64,000 bases of DNA from Massalongia carnosa (GCA_965645245.1 OZ287079.1:992001-1056000); one strand, 5' to 3'. Counted from the stretch's first letter, positions 49,331 through 63,163 are shown. Notes: a model not told the origin generated them from the sequence alone. A program made the numbers and translations.

Positions 49331-52300
49331 TCAAGCAAAAAAAAAGAACGCTAAGAGCTCATTTGTTGCAGGTCTTCTTATGCCTTGCCAATCATCGACT
49401 TGGCATTTGCGGTCGCAATAGGAGACTGCACGGCATTTTGCACAAACTTTGAGCTTTCTCTTCTCTTCATCATCGGCCGGCTTCCCAGGGAGTTGGCAAT
49501 GTTGTTGGCTTCCATTGCTAATCTTTGGCCCAACAGTGTCTATCCGATCGGGTATTGCAAAAGCAGTCGTTGCGAAGTCGTAGACTCGCCCCATTCGTGC
49601 GGCGCATGATTCAACGTATGGGATAGGAAACAAAGGCAAAAAAGCTATCCGTGTTGCAAATCTAGCAAAGTGTTTACGGATTGAATCAGCGAGAAATGCC
49701 TTTGAGACGATTCCCTCCCTACAAGTATAAAGAGGTGATTTGTCCTTTTCGACTGACCCAGGAATACCTTCTTGTCGATATTCGCAGTTCACCTTGTGTA
49801 AGTATTTTCAGCATCGCTCAGCCGCGACGGGAAGGTACGTCTTTCAGATCTGTGCCTCCTCTTCTGTGGCTTTGATGATGAGGATTTTAGAATTGACCCA
49901 GATGCCAGGAGATTTTCTTAGTGCAGGCATACTTTCTTCTCTAATGGAACGACGTAAGCATCTAGAGTAATGGACTGAGAGTTAAAGTCATGTCGTAAAG
50001 CCTCGGGCATGAACAAAAGGTCAACACCGTGGTCCCATCTCATCAATTGAAAGTTTTGCATCATGCCATGACCGGCGTGCTGTCCAGTAAATGTAGATAT
50101 CAAAACGTGCAGACTTTGTTTCAGATCTAAAAGGGATGCTACAGGCCGAGTGGCTCTGGGAATCTCCAAAAGTTTGCCCTCTTGATCAGAGAACGAGGGA
50201 CCCAGTAAGGTGCTGATCCAATCGTAGTTAAACAAGGTTTGACGAGTATTTGAGGTAGATGGTCTAGGGACACCTGGCCCATATCCCAAGCAGTTGGTGA
50301 AATTCTAGCCGAAGTCTTATCAAATAGGATGGGAAATGGATAATGCTCGAAGCCGGCTTCTCTCATAGAGTCGGGGAAAGGAACGATAACTATCACAGAA
50401 CGAGAGTTCCGAGATACTCGAACTTTGTACCTAGAGCCACTGACGGGAAATGGATATGATAGTCTGTGGAAACGAGATCCTATCCAAACATCTAAATGTG
50501 CAGGTAAATTTCTAGTCAGTCTTAACCCCATCGCCATTGCTGAGGACCTTGCCGTGCGGGGATCCACTCAAAAACAAAACCTACGCGTCAAAGTCTGTAC
50601 CATCCCCGAAGGCCCAAGAAATGCGGTCAGTGACTCTCCCGCGTCGATGTTCTGACCAGATTGGGAAAATTCGATACTCTGAGAGGGTAATGGGATAGAA
50701 CTGCTATTTTCCCAGATGGGGGGATTTCTCTTGATTTTTACCGTATTTCATTGTCAAGAACAGCTCCCGAGATGACCATTGCTAGACCAAGTTTCGCTAA
50801 CCACTTCCTCACATTGTGAGGCTCTTTACTGATTCTAGGACCAATACGAATACCATGGCTTGGCCCAGTCAGTAACGAATAGGTTAGTACTCGGAAACAA
50901 ACAATCATATCGGAAGTGCCTTGCCATGTAGCATAATCCTTTCAAACTATACATCGCTCAGGAATATCTGAAGATTGTAAAATTGAACCAAAAGCCACGT
51001 GAATATTTGAATATTTACTTTCCCATTATTGAGATAGCTGGCCATGTGCAGCCGTGGATTACCAATTCATTCGTTCGGCACTCTTGAAAACCTCGAGTTT
51101 GGACCTTGGAACCACCAAGAAGACATAATTCGTTTGTGCCAATAAACCAGACTCATCCTCGATACCCCGGATTTTTCTGCTGGACGTATATACAGCCGCC
51201 CGAGGTTCAATGCTGAGTTGCCCAACCTTACAAATATTCATTAAATGAAGACATACGTAAAGCTCTTGCCAGCTGTTGTCGTCGAGAAGTGTAGTCCGGT
51301 CACGACGGATGTATTCTAGACGAGAATATACCATTTTGGTCCAATCCGTGGCAAGCTATCTCTTTGGTAGTCTGATAATACCAGTAATAGAAGCTCGAGT
51401 ATAGTGATTTGCATCGTTCGAGATCGGCTTTCTGCAAAGACGTTCCATTCTTGCGTACATCTTGGTGATATCTTCTTGGATGAAAATAGGGTTATAGATC
51501 GGGGAAATGGCGTTTGCAAGTTGCTGATGGTCTATCTGAACGCGTTCCGAAGCAGCCATCACTACCATAACTGAATCCTCAAGAGATGGGAATTTCCATA
51601 ATAAACGAAGAGTATCAGCAACGCTATTTGCGGATTTTGTGTGGATATGTAAAACTGTCAGCGAGAATTGATCAAGTGGAGACCCCAAAAGATATTCCAC
51701 AGGTATGATTCGAAAGAGTTGTAATATAAGGCTGGATCCGCTAATGCAAGAGTCTAGAGGAGACGTTTTGGTTTCCAAAGCACGAAGCAAGGTCTCTGTG
51801 TACAAAACTGAAATCGCTATGCTGGAGAGGAGGGGTTGGGCAGCGATTAACATGTTCACTAACCCCAAATGGCCTACAACATTGGACGTATCAACAATGT
51901 CAAAACATTCAGTATGCATGTCTTTTGTGAGCTTTAAATGTTCTATGCTCCAGGGCTTGGCGAAGGGCAAACTCCAGTCGTCTCGTTTGCTGGGAAAAAC
52001 TTTTCGGTGCATGGCAAAGCAAAACGCCATGGCCTCGGCGCAGACGAATCGTACAATCACTTTATCTTCGCAGAAGAATCTGGCAAATGCGGAGCACTAA
52101 GAATAGAACCGAGCCTTTGTAAGCTCTACCATACGTGAGATTGGCTGTTTACTGTATCGGCGTAATGTTCACCCTGACCTGTGTGCCGCACAGGAATGAA
52201 AGCTTCAGCCAGATAAAAGGATTTCAAGGGGTTGGCCGTGTGGTGAACCACAAACTGATTCCGTAGATAGGATGATTCTGTAAATAGTGGGTTGGTGAAG

Positions 52301-53172
52301 CACTCACTATCTTGGCTGAGAGCGCTGCGATCTGTCTCATTTCCGCCTACGACTCCATTCTTCCAGAACCGTTTTAAAGCTTCATCCATCAAGTGCGCAT
52401 GAGTAGGTCCAAAGGTTACAAGGCTTTCTATCGACATCGTCGTCATGTCTTCAATATTTTCCTTGTGGGCTGCGCACATATTGATGCGTGTCCTTTCATT
52501 AAGCGACATGATTGTCGATCCTGACAAGATTTCATATGCCTTCTAGAATCGACGAACTTCCAACAGTGTACCCTTCCTGGCAAAGCGGGGACCATTGCCA
52601 TAAACACTCTGACTCCATACCTCGATCGTTTCCGTCAGATCAAGAAGTTTCTTTGACAGCTTGCTTATGATAGCCAAAATAGGCACCGGGACAAAAAGGT
52701 GGTTGAAGAGGTTCCACATGTTTGCTAGTTCAGCAAAATCCAGCAAAGTTCTCTCTGGGTGAGTATTAAGGACAGCGGAGAAGAGGATGTTACGAGCTTT
52801 GAGCGTTTAGCGGCTAAGTTATGTGTTGACTGTGTTTGACTTTATCTAGAATGACTAGCTTAGAATCAGCGTAGGTTATGTCGAGTGATGGTAATGCTAA
52901 GATTGGCGTTAGTCTAGCGTACCTACAGACTCAGTAGCACGGGCAAACGAGCCATTCTTTTGCTTGGACTGGTTAATTTCAACTGGGCTTCTAAACGAGA
53001 GAGAGTAGAATATGCTTTGAGGATCACCACACGCGAGCAACAACATCCTAGTGATCTATCCAGGCGAATTTAAATAATTGGCACTCCAATGATGTTGTAG
53101 CAGATCAATGGTCATAGTTTTTCCGATAGGATAGAGCTGGTAAAGGGTTGTAGCACGAAGTGACCCTAACAT
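49331..53172 (-). pseudogene. DUF4470 plus C-terminal MYND zinc-finger pseudogene
   Basis: Start LYPIGKT, then LLLACGDPQSIFYSL, FDIVDTSNVVGHLGLVNMLIAAQPLL and KVCAKCRAVSYCDRKCQVDDW, spread over many frames with stops and frameshifts. Confidence 0.85.
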
Positions 53173-53782
53173 GATAAGTTGACGTTTAATGACAATTAGC
53201 TTATAGTCAATGAAAGGTCAAAGGCCTTATTCGAGAAAAACGATTATGAGTCGAGTTGAGGAGGCAAAAGTGATGCTTTGAGACCAATTAACTTGCAAAG
53301 AAGAGACTATGTTGCTTGATGGGAGCTCTATATAGTTTGAGGTTGTGGAGATGAGAGATTTAATGCAAATAGGTTTCAACATTGTCTGCCCTCTCTTTTG
53401 TGGGATTGCTAAAGAATAGGCGCAGAAAAGTCAGAAAATCCAATAGAAAAACGGCGCGGAGATCGTACGCATCATCCCTGGCGTCGATGACTCGTCCAAT
53501 CCTTTCGCTGCAGCAATGTTCTGATGAGCTGTTTAATCTCCCCAATCCACAGAACGAAGTGGCTCTCAGCGATACACGCAACATGGAACGTTTCAGCAAA
53601 TAGATAGAAACCACAACTATGCACCACGTAAGATTTCTGTCAAGGCTCCTAGTGAATTGTGAAGAATAAGGAATCTCCAAGTCTAACGGGAATCCGTACC
53701 TGCAGACCAACAAGTATCACGGAAACTCCCCCATCCAGCTCCTGTTCCACCACCTTACTCGTACATGCTATTCGCTTTATTT

Positions 53783-56700
53783 TCATGACATGTCATGGTC
53801 TCTCAAAATTCTTCTCTGAAGCTCTTCATCTAGCTTCGGCATGTTGGTGACAGCGTCAAGCGTCTTCGGTGCTACGTTGTGAACCTTCTGTAACAATCTT
53901 CCCCCTTCCGAACGCATATCCATATAAATCCGGGTAAGGTAAACAAATGTAGAATAGCTAGGCATGCGCTTATGTGGCTGCCAGCGACGTGGTACAATTT
54001 TTTCATATTTCTTGAAAAGCTTGAGAGGCTTTCCTAGGAATGCCCATCCAGGCCAACTGCCCATAAGCTCTTTCTCGCAAAGCTCGAAGGCTAGTATTTC
54101 ATGGCCGTTGCGCGCGAGGGCCTTGACGTATGAATTGCAGTTTTGGCTGTTAAGCTCATAACCGGCGTTAACCAGGTAGTCCACAGCTCCGATAAGGTCA
54201 TCAATCTTCTTCTGCATAACGAGGGATCGAAGGTAGAATACTAGGGGAGGGTTCATGAGAAAGCGGCGGGAATACAGCACCCAGCCTGGTTGTGATGCCT
54301 TCATGTCTGCGCGTCTAGCAAGCTTCTCAGCCTTCTCCAAGGCAAGATACCAACATCTTTCAACCTCCTCATGATCATTCTGATTCAAATTCACCGCCAT
54401 TAACGAGCTGATCATCTCTAACGGCGGGCTAATGTCAGAACCTTGCTGAAACTTCTTTGCTGTTTCAATGTACTTATCATAGAGCGTAGAAATTTTATCG
54501 ACACTTTTATGCCTGCCATAAAAGTTAATGAGGTAAGAGAGATGTGATGACGAAAACGCTTCGTCGATCCTGTTTGCCCCCATGCCCTTGATGGGCTCCT
54601 CAGTTGCAAACTCCTTTGAATCCATAGCTGCTAATGTTTTCTCGAGGACTTTAATAGCTAGCTTGGATTGATTTTCTGTGCTATCCGGGCTGAGCCCCAC
54701 ATTTCCAGACTGATTCTGTTCACTTTGACGTTTTATTTTAGTATTTAGCCGGTGATCCACATTTGCGACTGCTCTAATAAGAATGTTCTGGGTACTGAAA
54801 CCAGGGCTAACTCTTTGGCTCACCATACGATTGTAAACTGCGACAACTTTGGCATATTCCTTTGACTGGAGAAAACCACTCATGACAATGGCATAATGAA
54901 TTCGGCGTGCCATAATGCCCGCACGAGGTAAAACAACTCGTAAGATTTTGTAAGCCGCATCTGGATGTACCCTCGTCAAGCTTTGCATCAATGCACCATA
55001 TGTAATCGCATCGGGCGCGACATTTAAGCCTCGTAAGCGCGTATATAAGATTAGGATTTTTTCGACATCTCTCCTCATTGCGTACGAATTCAGGAGATAA
55101 TTCCACATACGTATTCGAGATCCCTTGATGTCCGATTTAGTCGTTTGTTCGATCAAGTTGTACGCATCGTCAAGCAGATCGTTCTTGATGTGAGCCAAGA
55201 CAATACAATCGATCATAGGTATATGCGGGGCGAGACCGGCTGCTTCGGCTTGATGAAGAAGCGTAAGAGTAGAATCCAAATCACCTCGCTTTGCATATAG
55301 ACTCATCAACGCAAAGTAGGAGGTGATATTGGGCTGCTCGCCGGCAGCGATTTGCTTATCGAACCACGTCCCGGCACCCTCAAGGTCCCCAACTCGTGAA
55401 TGAGCAGATATCATGGCATACCAGCTTGTGTTGTTGGGACGGAAGCCATATTTTTCTTGCAAGCTGTGGAAGTTTTCAACGGCTTTGTTAGTTTCACCTC
55501 GCCTGGCATAGCAACTTAAGATGCAATTAAATGCAGATGCGGTTGTGGGCTTCCCATACTTTTTGACCCATTCTTCAAAAAGACTCCAGATGGAGTCAAT
55601 GTCGCCCAATTGAGCAAACTCCCACATCATCATCCCCAGGGCAGAACGTGGTAGGCCTTCATTATAAGTTTGATAGTCTTTGCGCATCATATGAAGACCC
55701 GCAGAGCTATGAACAGCACAGAATTTCCTAAGCATAGCACCCAAGAGTTCAATGTTCGGTCTTATATTGCATTTAGTTTTCAAGCGCCTATAGCATCTAG
55801 CAGCAGCAAAGCTAGCGACCATGCTATCAAAGGACAAAAGTTGGAAAAGGGCAGCTTCATAGATGTCGTAACTATGTCGTTTCAACTGAACGGCTTTTTC
55901 GAGTAACTTCTGTTGTTTATTAACATCAATATTTTTTGGTCGCGCTCGAAAGGTCCTGAGTATTAGGTGTAATGCGAAGTCTCGTAGAGGGATAATGAAT
56001 ATGCTGGACGCATCCCCGGAGAAATCAATCGCAAAATCCGCCATAGACGACGCTTTTTGCATCAACTTTGCAAAAGGTAATGAATCAATTCCGATCCACA
56101 AGTCAGGGCCCTCAAAGTCAGGCATTTTGCGGTTCCAATATCGATCCCATGTGTCTACTGCTTCCACCCACTTTTCTTTCTCCACTGCGTAGCGGAGGAG
56201 CAATGCGGTCCCCACAGAGCCTGAGATTCGTGAGAGGGCCTCTTGATGAAACTTAATAGCGGTGGTAAGATAATTCTGGCTCAGCGAGATGGATATAGCA
56301 AAGCTATAATGGATTGCTCTCCGACTCTCTCGTGGAATAGCATTAACCACATCGATCAAACGGTCCGCATTGATAGCCGTGGATGACGCATTAAGGTATC
56401 GGAGCAATTTGAAAATCTCGCGCGCCGTAAGTTCTTTAGAAGAATCTCTGAGCTTCTGGTAGCATTCCCAAACTTCATTGTGATAGAGGTGAGTACCATC
56501 TGAGCGGAGCAGCTCACTTAGTCTCGCGTGAGTGTCCTGTGGGTCTTCAATATATAGTATTGATGCTGTGCTGTTATTGATATTCTCATCTAATGAAGTT
56601 ATTTCGGCAACCTGCTCTCCACTGCTGCCATTGAGTGTGGCCAAGGCTAGGGAGCCGTTGGTGGAGGCAGTATATGCTCGTGAGCGGGATGAGATATTCC

Positions 56701-57046
56701 CCACTCCGTAAGGACGTTTGGAATATGCTTTGGTTTTATCTTTACGGACAAATCCTTGAATAACGGCCAAGGTGTGCATAGGATACAAAAAGTCCAAGAA
56801 GCCCATTTCCTGCATGCCCGTAAAAATGTTATATGCAGCGGCGCGTGAGCCCTTGGGAGGCCAGCGCTCTCTTTTGATATCTGGTACCTGTAACAATGAT
56901 ATCCACCAGGATGGCAGGTTGATGTCACCGGCGCCATGAGACCAGAAGCTGGAGTGAAGGAAGCGTCGGGTTCGAAGAGCCTTCCGGTGTGTATGTACAA
57001 GGTATCGACCCCCATTTTCGAGACATCCCACTGTCCTCTCTATCAT
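53783..57046 (-). CDS. Mitochondrial PPR protein, COX1 translation factor (Pet309/Cya5-like)
   Basis: Intronless 1087-aa ORF. N-terminus MIERTVGCLENGG...RFLHSSFWSHGA; tandem 35-aa PPR motifs such as FNCILSCYARRG, WYAMISAHSRVG and WNYLLNSYAMRR. Confidence 0.88.
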   Translation of the reverse strand: MIERTVGCLENGGRYLVHTHRKALRTRRFLHSSFWSHGAGDINLPSWWISLLQVPDIKRERWPPKGSRAAAYNIFTGMQEMGFLDFLYPMHTLAVIQGFVRKDKTKAYSKRPYGVGNISSRSRAYTASTNGSLALATLNGSSGEQVAEITSLDENINNSTASILYIEDPQDTHARLSELLRSDGTHLYHNEVWECYQKLRDSSKELTAREIFKLLRYLNASSTAINADRLIDVVNAIPRESRRAIHYSFAISISLSQNYLTTAIKFHQEALSRISGSVGTALLLRYAVEKEKWVEAVDTWDRYWNRKMPDFEGPDLWIGIDSLPFAKLMQKASSMADFAIDFSGDASSIFIIPLRDFALHLILRTFRARPKNIDVNKQQKLLEKAVQLKRHSYDIYEAALFQLLSFDSMVASFAAARCYRRLKTKCNIRPNIELLGAMLRKFCAVHSSAGLHMMRKDYQTYNEGLPRSALGMMMWEFAQLGDIDSIWSLFEEWVKKYGKPTTASAFNCILSCYARRGETNKAVENFHSLQEKYGFRPNNTSWYAMISAHSRVGDLEGAGTWFDKQIAAGEQPNITSYFALMSLYAKRGDLDSTLTLLHQAEAAGLAPHIPMIDCIVLAHIKNDLLDDAYNLIEQTTKSDIKGSRIRMWNYLLNSYAMRRDVEKILILYTRLRGLNVAPDAITYGALMQSLTRVHPDAAYKILRVVLPRAGIMARRIHYAIVMSGFLQSKEYAKVVAVYNRMVSQRVSPGFSTQNILIRAVANVDHRLNTKIKRQSEQNQSGNVGLSPDSTENQSKLAIKVLEKTLAAMDSKEFATEEPIKGMGANRIDEAFSSSHLSYLINFYGRHKSVDKISTLYDKYIETAKKFQQGSDISPPLEMISSLMAVNLNQNDHEEVERCWYLALEKAEKLARRADMKASQPGWVLYSRRFLMNPPLVFYLRSLVMQKKIDDLIGAVDYLVNAGYELNSQNCNSYVKALARNGHEILAFELCEKELMGSWPGWAFLGKPLKLFKKYEKIVPRRWQPHKRMPSYSTFVYLTRIYMDMRSEGGRLLQKVHNVAPKTLDAVTNMPKLDEELQRRILRDHDMS

Positions 57047-57400
57047 GCCCTGGTAGGCCTCCTACCCAAAGAACCAAGCCAGTCAAGAGCTTGAAGGTCA
57101 TAGAGTATGTCTGCGGGTTGTCGCCACTGTGGAGAAGAGCTTCTATGAGATATGGATATTAAGTAGAGTGTTAACCACAAAATTGCAAGATGCAGACCCC
57201 ATCACATACTTCTAGGTGCTACGCAGTATGGTTTAATGTAATTGAGGATTAGCGGGTTAGACTTAGGATCGGACTTACATTCTTACGGATAAGCCGACAC
57301 TTAGTTGAAGTTAAACTTTGGGTGGCTTTATCTATTTCCAGCCTTTCGCACAACTGCTGGTAAAGGTAGGCTTCCTACCGAAAATACTACATCTTGAATC

Positions 57401-59435
57401 ATGGATATCACGGCGTTTATCATTACTCAGCGCAACAAAGCCCTTCTCGTTGGCGACTATGGCTTGTATCACAGACAACTTTCCCGTAGACTCCTTATGG
57501 TGCGGAGAAAGCTCAATTATGTGTCTTCCAAGGGACATAAGTTCGCTGCCAAAGCCCCCATTACAGCCGAAGATATAGCCAGCAATCATGAGTTTGGCTC
57601 CATTAAGTTTCGTTCGCTTAAACTTCCACTAACGGCCTATTATAGGTTCATTCATCTTTATTTGCTCTCATCTGAGCGGGCGTGGGCAACAGCAATGCAA
57701 ATGAAATCGCAACATGCTGCGGATTCTAGTGCAAAGGGTATCACTGGGTCCACAAGGCGGCATATTGGCTCCCGTCTATACAAAGCCAGCACTTATGCGG
57801 CAGGTCTGGTAGAACAACTAGAGATCAAAGATGCTTCAGGGGCAACACAGCGTGACATACTCGAAGCTCGCGCATATTATGTTTCAATGCAAGGGAGCAT
57901 CGATTTTGAAAAGCAAAATTGGGAGAAATGCCTGCGTGAATATTCGGAGGCTCGATTCATCTATACTACACTTGCAAGATCAGGGAATGCAGGGCAGGAG
58001 GACATTTTCCAAGACTTGGTTACTAGTACAGTTAACCCCAGCATTCGTTATGCGGCCTACCAACTGAAAATTCCTCGGACAACATCAATTGATAAGATTG
58101 TCGCTCGATATATTCCGCAAGCGAACAATCCGTATGTGCACGACCTCTTAAAATCTTACCCTGACGCCCTTGACGAAGCAACTGGTGGGAAAAAGAGGGA
58201 ACTTGGAGAAGCCCAGCAAGACCTGCCATCGACTATAACCTGGCGTTCACGAACTGTGAACCTTGAAGATGCAGCAACAGCACAAGCATTAGCCACAGTA
58301 TCAGCTGCGGAAAAAAAACTCTCGTCCTTCTTATCTTCCAATTCAGGTTTAGATGCAAGAGCGAAAGCGGCTGCCTATGACGAGGTGTTAATTCCAAGCC
58401 AAGACGCTGTAGACGCCACGAAAACTGCTATCGATGATCTCACCACTGAAGGGATTCCCCAAGGCGACCGCCGCATGCAAGCCCTCCAAATCACGCGCAC
58501 GGCCGTAAATTATGCCCTGGTTGGATGGCGGATCGGTCGAAATAGAATTCTCTGCGGGGACCAAGACGGGGCCCTCCTAGAAGATAGAGCGCTTCGACAA
58601 CCCAAGAAACCCCGAAAGGACGGCAAGGAGCGCAAACCGCAGGCGGAAAGCACAGGGCAGAAACTTGCCCGACTGCGCGAGCGCGTTGTGCTGTACGACG
58701 CTACGCTTCAAAGCCTGGATTCCGTTAAGGAGCTACCAGGCGTTGCCGCGGATCAACTTCTCATCACCGAACTCGCTTCCAAACGAGCTTATTTCGCATC
58801 GTTGAGGTAAGCGTCCACGCGCCCTCCCCCACTTTTCGCCGATATGCAAAATAGCATCTACAAACCCCCTAAATTAACCCCGAAGGAACAGATGCCTTGC
58901 TATAGCCCGCTCCCACGCCCTCCTCACTAATACTAAAAACGCCCTGGCCCTTTTTTCCCGCGCCCTCGAGCTTGCCTCCATCCCAATCCAATCTCCCCAA
59001 TCCCCGCCCCTCAAGCCCGCCCCACCGACTCTCGAAATCTACCCCTCCCAGTCTCGTGCCCTTCACACCCTCCTCCAAACCCTAATAACCCACCACCGCG
59101 CCTTAGCCGACCTCGAATTTCTCGTCACTCCATCCTCGTCGCAACCCACCCCTACCTCCACTTCAATCCCCCTCATCGAAAAACTAGACACCTATCCCCC
59201 TGTTGGAGAACCCCCAGTCGACCTTACAAACCTAGTCACGTTTCCCCCACGTGTGCAGCCTGTGCCTGTGAAACCGCTGTTTCTGGACGTGGCGTGGAAT
59301 TACATTGATTATGCCGGTCGCAAGAAGAATGCAAGCGGCGTAGGGGCGGGTGATGAGATCAACGGCGTCGATGGGACGAGGGCGGAGGAGAAGAAGGAGG
59401 CAGGGAGGAAAGGGTGGTTTGGATTTGGACGGTGA
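57401..59435 (+). CDS. SRP68: Signal recognition particle subunit SRP68 (multi-exon)
   Basis: Motifs GDYGLYHRQLSRRL, SERAWATAM, PSIRYAAYQ, ITWRSRTV, PVPVKPLFLDVAWNYIDY and GWFGFGR*. Confidence 0.95.
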
Positions 59436-59718
59436 GCTTGGACGGGCCAGTGGGTTAGGTGTATGAACGAGAGAGGTTTGGCGGCTGGGTGGATATGGGC
59501 GGAACTCCGATGTGGTTTTGGGTTCAGAGAAAGAAAATGAAATAACTGATCATGTATCGTCTGTTTGCATACATGCGTTCCTCGATATCATCCAGATTCC
59601 TTTTTTTATTTTTGTCCCACCCCTTCCTCCCCCGTTTCATGAACAATACCCCAATTCCATCAACAGCGAAGTCCAACCTCCCAGATCCTCCGCTCCAACC
59701 CGTCCAACCCCCCTTTCA

Positions 59719-60839
59719 TCATCCCTTCTCCACCCCTCCCCCCTTTCGCTCCCACTCCAACCATCCACCCCCTAAGTCCCCAACCCGAACCCCCTCCCAG
59801 CCCCCCTCCCCACTTGCCAAGCGCGCCGCAGTCGCGCTCCGTACGCCAGCGCGACAGTAGAAGACAACTTCCTTTACTTCTTCTTCTAGCTCTTTCGCTT
59901 TTGCGTTTTCGCCTCTGGAGGAAGGTGTTGATGATGATGATGATGATGATGGGGGGGCGGTGGACGAAGAAGACGGAGAATAATAAGACGAGGAGGAGGA
60001 GGAGGAGGAGGAGGAGGAGAAGGAGGAACGCACAGAGCGATCACTACCACCACCAGCGCCAGCATCAGCAGTGGCGCCACTTCCCGGCTTCGCAAAGCCG
60101 AACCGCGCCACAAACTCTGCCTCGGGCAGGAAGATGGCATCTGGGTTCGAGGTTATCGGCATGTGGAACGCAGTAGGCACACGCCCAGTCTGGAGCAGTT
60201 CGGCGGGCTCGCGGACGTCTTTTGCGCGGGGGGGTTAGCTATTGAGGGGTTTTGAGACGAGGAAAAGAGGAGGGAAATGAAAGGAGAAGGAAGGGGAAAC
60301 AATGGGGACAAACCAACAATTATCCGTCCCTTCTGGGGGTTTTGTGAGAGGTGCTGGAGCTGATTTGTATGCCGTTCCTTTGTCAGCTTTGGTCTTCTCT
60401 TTCTTCCTCACCCCCTTCTCTCTTGTGCAAAAATTCCAATCGCACCAACCCCTCATAACAAAATTTCTCCCCAACAACCTCCAGCGCCTCCCTTCCCCCG
60501 AAAATACCAAAAAAAGAAACCTACCTCCTCAAAAGTCCACTTTCTCGGTTCCGGCCCCCCTGCGCTGTACTCCCTCCTCCATCCCTCCCCTCTTCGTAAA
60601 GCCCTCGACGCGCGGGAATATCCAAATGATTGGCCCACTGGACAAGGTATGGATGGGAGATTGCGGAAAGTAGAGAGGGGGCGGAATGATACGATAGTTT
60701 TGGGGTGCGCTAAAGCGGTTGCGACGCAAGGGTGGAGGAGGTGGGGAAGGAGGGAAAGTCGTGTGTTAGGAGGTTGGCGGAAGTGAGGGGAGAGGAGGGA
60801 GGGGACGGAAGTGAGGGGAGCGGAGACGGGCGGTTTCAT
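59719..60839 (-). CDS. Single-domain rhodanese (Rdl1/Rdl2-like) with a probable mitochondrial presequence
   Basis: Exons 60839-60525, 60359-60314 and 60218-59719 give IIVDVREPAEL...GRVPTA, the catalytic loop VVFYCRAGVRS, and GGWLEW. Confidence 0.85.
59927..60028. repeat. (GAT)n and (GGA)n microsatellites encoding poly-Ser inside the rhodanese
   Basis: Tandem trinucleotide arrays read directly from the sequence. Confidence 0.9.
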
Positions 60840-61381
60840 TGTTGGGGTTTATAAGGGGAAAGAGCGAGTGGGAAGTGAGATTTGGCGGGGTGTGTAAAGC
60901 TAGGTTAGCCCTGAACACCCCAAGGGCTTTTGCGGAAAGATTTTCCAATCGAAGGAGCACGGTGAGATGATGAACGATGAACGGGCGGGACAGTAGATCT
61001 ATGATTCACATCCTCATACGAGCAAGTTATAGAGAATCTTTATAGATATACTGCGACATATATTCTACCAAATTTCTGCTAATTTGTGAAGCAATGTGTT
61101 GAGATTCGATATTATATGGGCGCTGTGAACCAAGCTTAGTCATAGAAGTAGTCAATCAGATTCTAACACGCTTCTCGAATGAGAGTGAGATCTAGTCGCC
61201 TGCGTTATGATCCCGAAGCTATCAGGTAACCGTATCAACCTGTCATGCTTTGCGTCTAAATGCTGTACCCACAGGATGAGAAGATCTATTTGTGATAGGG
61301 GCGAAGTCTAGCAAAGAAACGAGATTAAGCCTCTAGAGCAGCTTGAAGCCGTGCCGGGTCAAAGATAGAAGTGAACGGGTA

Positions 61382-63163
61382 TCAAGGTCGTTGGGAGAAT
61401 ACTAGAGGACAATCATCCTAATAGCATGTGTTAGCGAAGCCGCACAAAGTCTCAATCATTCACCCCATTGGTTCCGATTACCTGAGGGAAAATGGTCGCA
61501 AATACTTTGATGTCTTCCGAACGTGGGGTGGCGTGATGCTCCCAGTTCAAGTGCATGCTGGCTTTCCCAATCATCGCCATCAGGTTCAGCTGCGCATATG
61601 TCTGCCCCAGACAATAATGCGGGCCGGTGCCGAAAACAAGCCAGTTTTTCACCGCTTTCTCCGCGTCTCCCGTGATCCATCGATCTGGATCAAAGGAATC
61701 AGGATCGGGATATACCTCCGGATCGTGCAAGGCCGGCCACACCGATGGGATGACCATGGAGCCTTTGGGGACGGTGTAGGTGTTGGTGACGGGAAAGCTC
61801 TTCTTGACGACGTACGGCACCATGATGACTGGAGGCCGGTATCTCAGGGTCTCCTTAACCACTGCGCGGGTATATGGCATGTTTCCAAGCATATCCATGT
61901 TGAAGCGTACATTCCTGTCTCCTTGTCTCACCGCAAGGTTTTCTTCGCGTAGTCGGTCTAAGATCTCCGGACGGTCCGCCATGAGTTGGAACAACCAGGT
62001 CGACGCACTGCTAGTTGCATCCTGCGATGCAAATAGAAATGTGAACAGGGTTTGGGCAATCTCAAAGTCCGAAAAGTCGCGGAGGAGCATGGCGGGCTTG
62101 TCGACATTCGCTACGCCAACCTTTGTAACTTGTTGCCTATATCTCTCCGAGTCCTGCATCGACTTGACCCAGGCATCCATGATACATGTCGTATTGCCAC
62201 CAGCTGCCATCCTTGCTTTGCACTTCGCCGCACATTTGGCAAATTCCTCCATCACCATATTTGCCGCTTTTTTGCCATACCAGGTTTTGGTAAAGGGCAA
62301 GATAACCGGGAAGTTCACGAGCTCTAACGCAGCCGTGATCTGATAGTAATCATCGGCAATCTTCTTGACTGCAGCATCGGACATGTAATGTCCCACAAAA
62401 GTTCGACATGATACTGCACACATAAGTTCTCGAAACTCTGGCATAAAGGGTATGGATTTGCCGGTGTTCTCCACTTGGGATATCTTCACGAACTTGGCAA
62501 AGTACTTATCATATACTTCTTCCTGGCCGGGAAGATAAATTTCCAAGGCTGAGCGGGTGAATAGCCCGTTCAAGCCTTTTCTATAGTCAACATGCGCCTT
62601 GCCGTCCAAGAATACCCAGTTCGTCGGTCGAAGAAGCTTGTGTGCAGCATCTACAACGCATGGTTTGACGTAAGAAGGCGAATTGAAGACTTTACGAGCC
62701 ATATCCCGCGACGAGGCAATGACTACAAATCTGCATCCCATCGTTAGCTTCCAAGCAACAGTGTGGGGGTATGCTTCTTACTTGTGAAAGACAGATACAC
62801 AGCTGAGATCTGCACTAGCCCATTTTGCCTTATACTCATCCATCTTAGGGTTCACGGACGAGAGAAAGGGGCCGATGAATGGAGTCTTCCAGGCCGGTCC
62901 TACAATACTACCTTTATTCCACAAATATTTGACTATTTCTCGATCAGCCTATGCCCAGACCGTCGCACAATACCATCGCCGCTACGCGCACACTCACATT
63001 GATCGTACGCAATGAGAACCAAAAGCAGAGAAGCAAACACATTAAAGCCATTCATGCCATCATAAAGCCTGAAGAGCAACCCTCCAGCAGCCGCATTCGG
63101 CGCCGCGGTATAGTCGGCGTTCGCTAGCGGTGAGGCAAAAGTAGCATTGGACACTGCTGCCAT
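61382..63163 (-). CDS. ERG5: Sterol C-22 desaturase, cytochrome P450 CYP61 (4 exons)
   Basis: Motifs LLVLIAYDQ, NWVFLDGKAHV, FLFASQDAT, ETLR, heme motif FGTGPHYCLG, and IKVFATIFPQ|DDCPLVFSQRP*. Confidence 0.97.
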
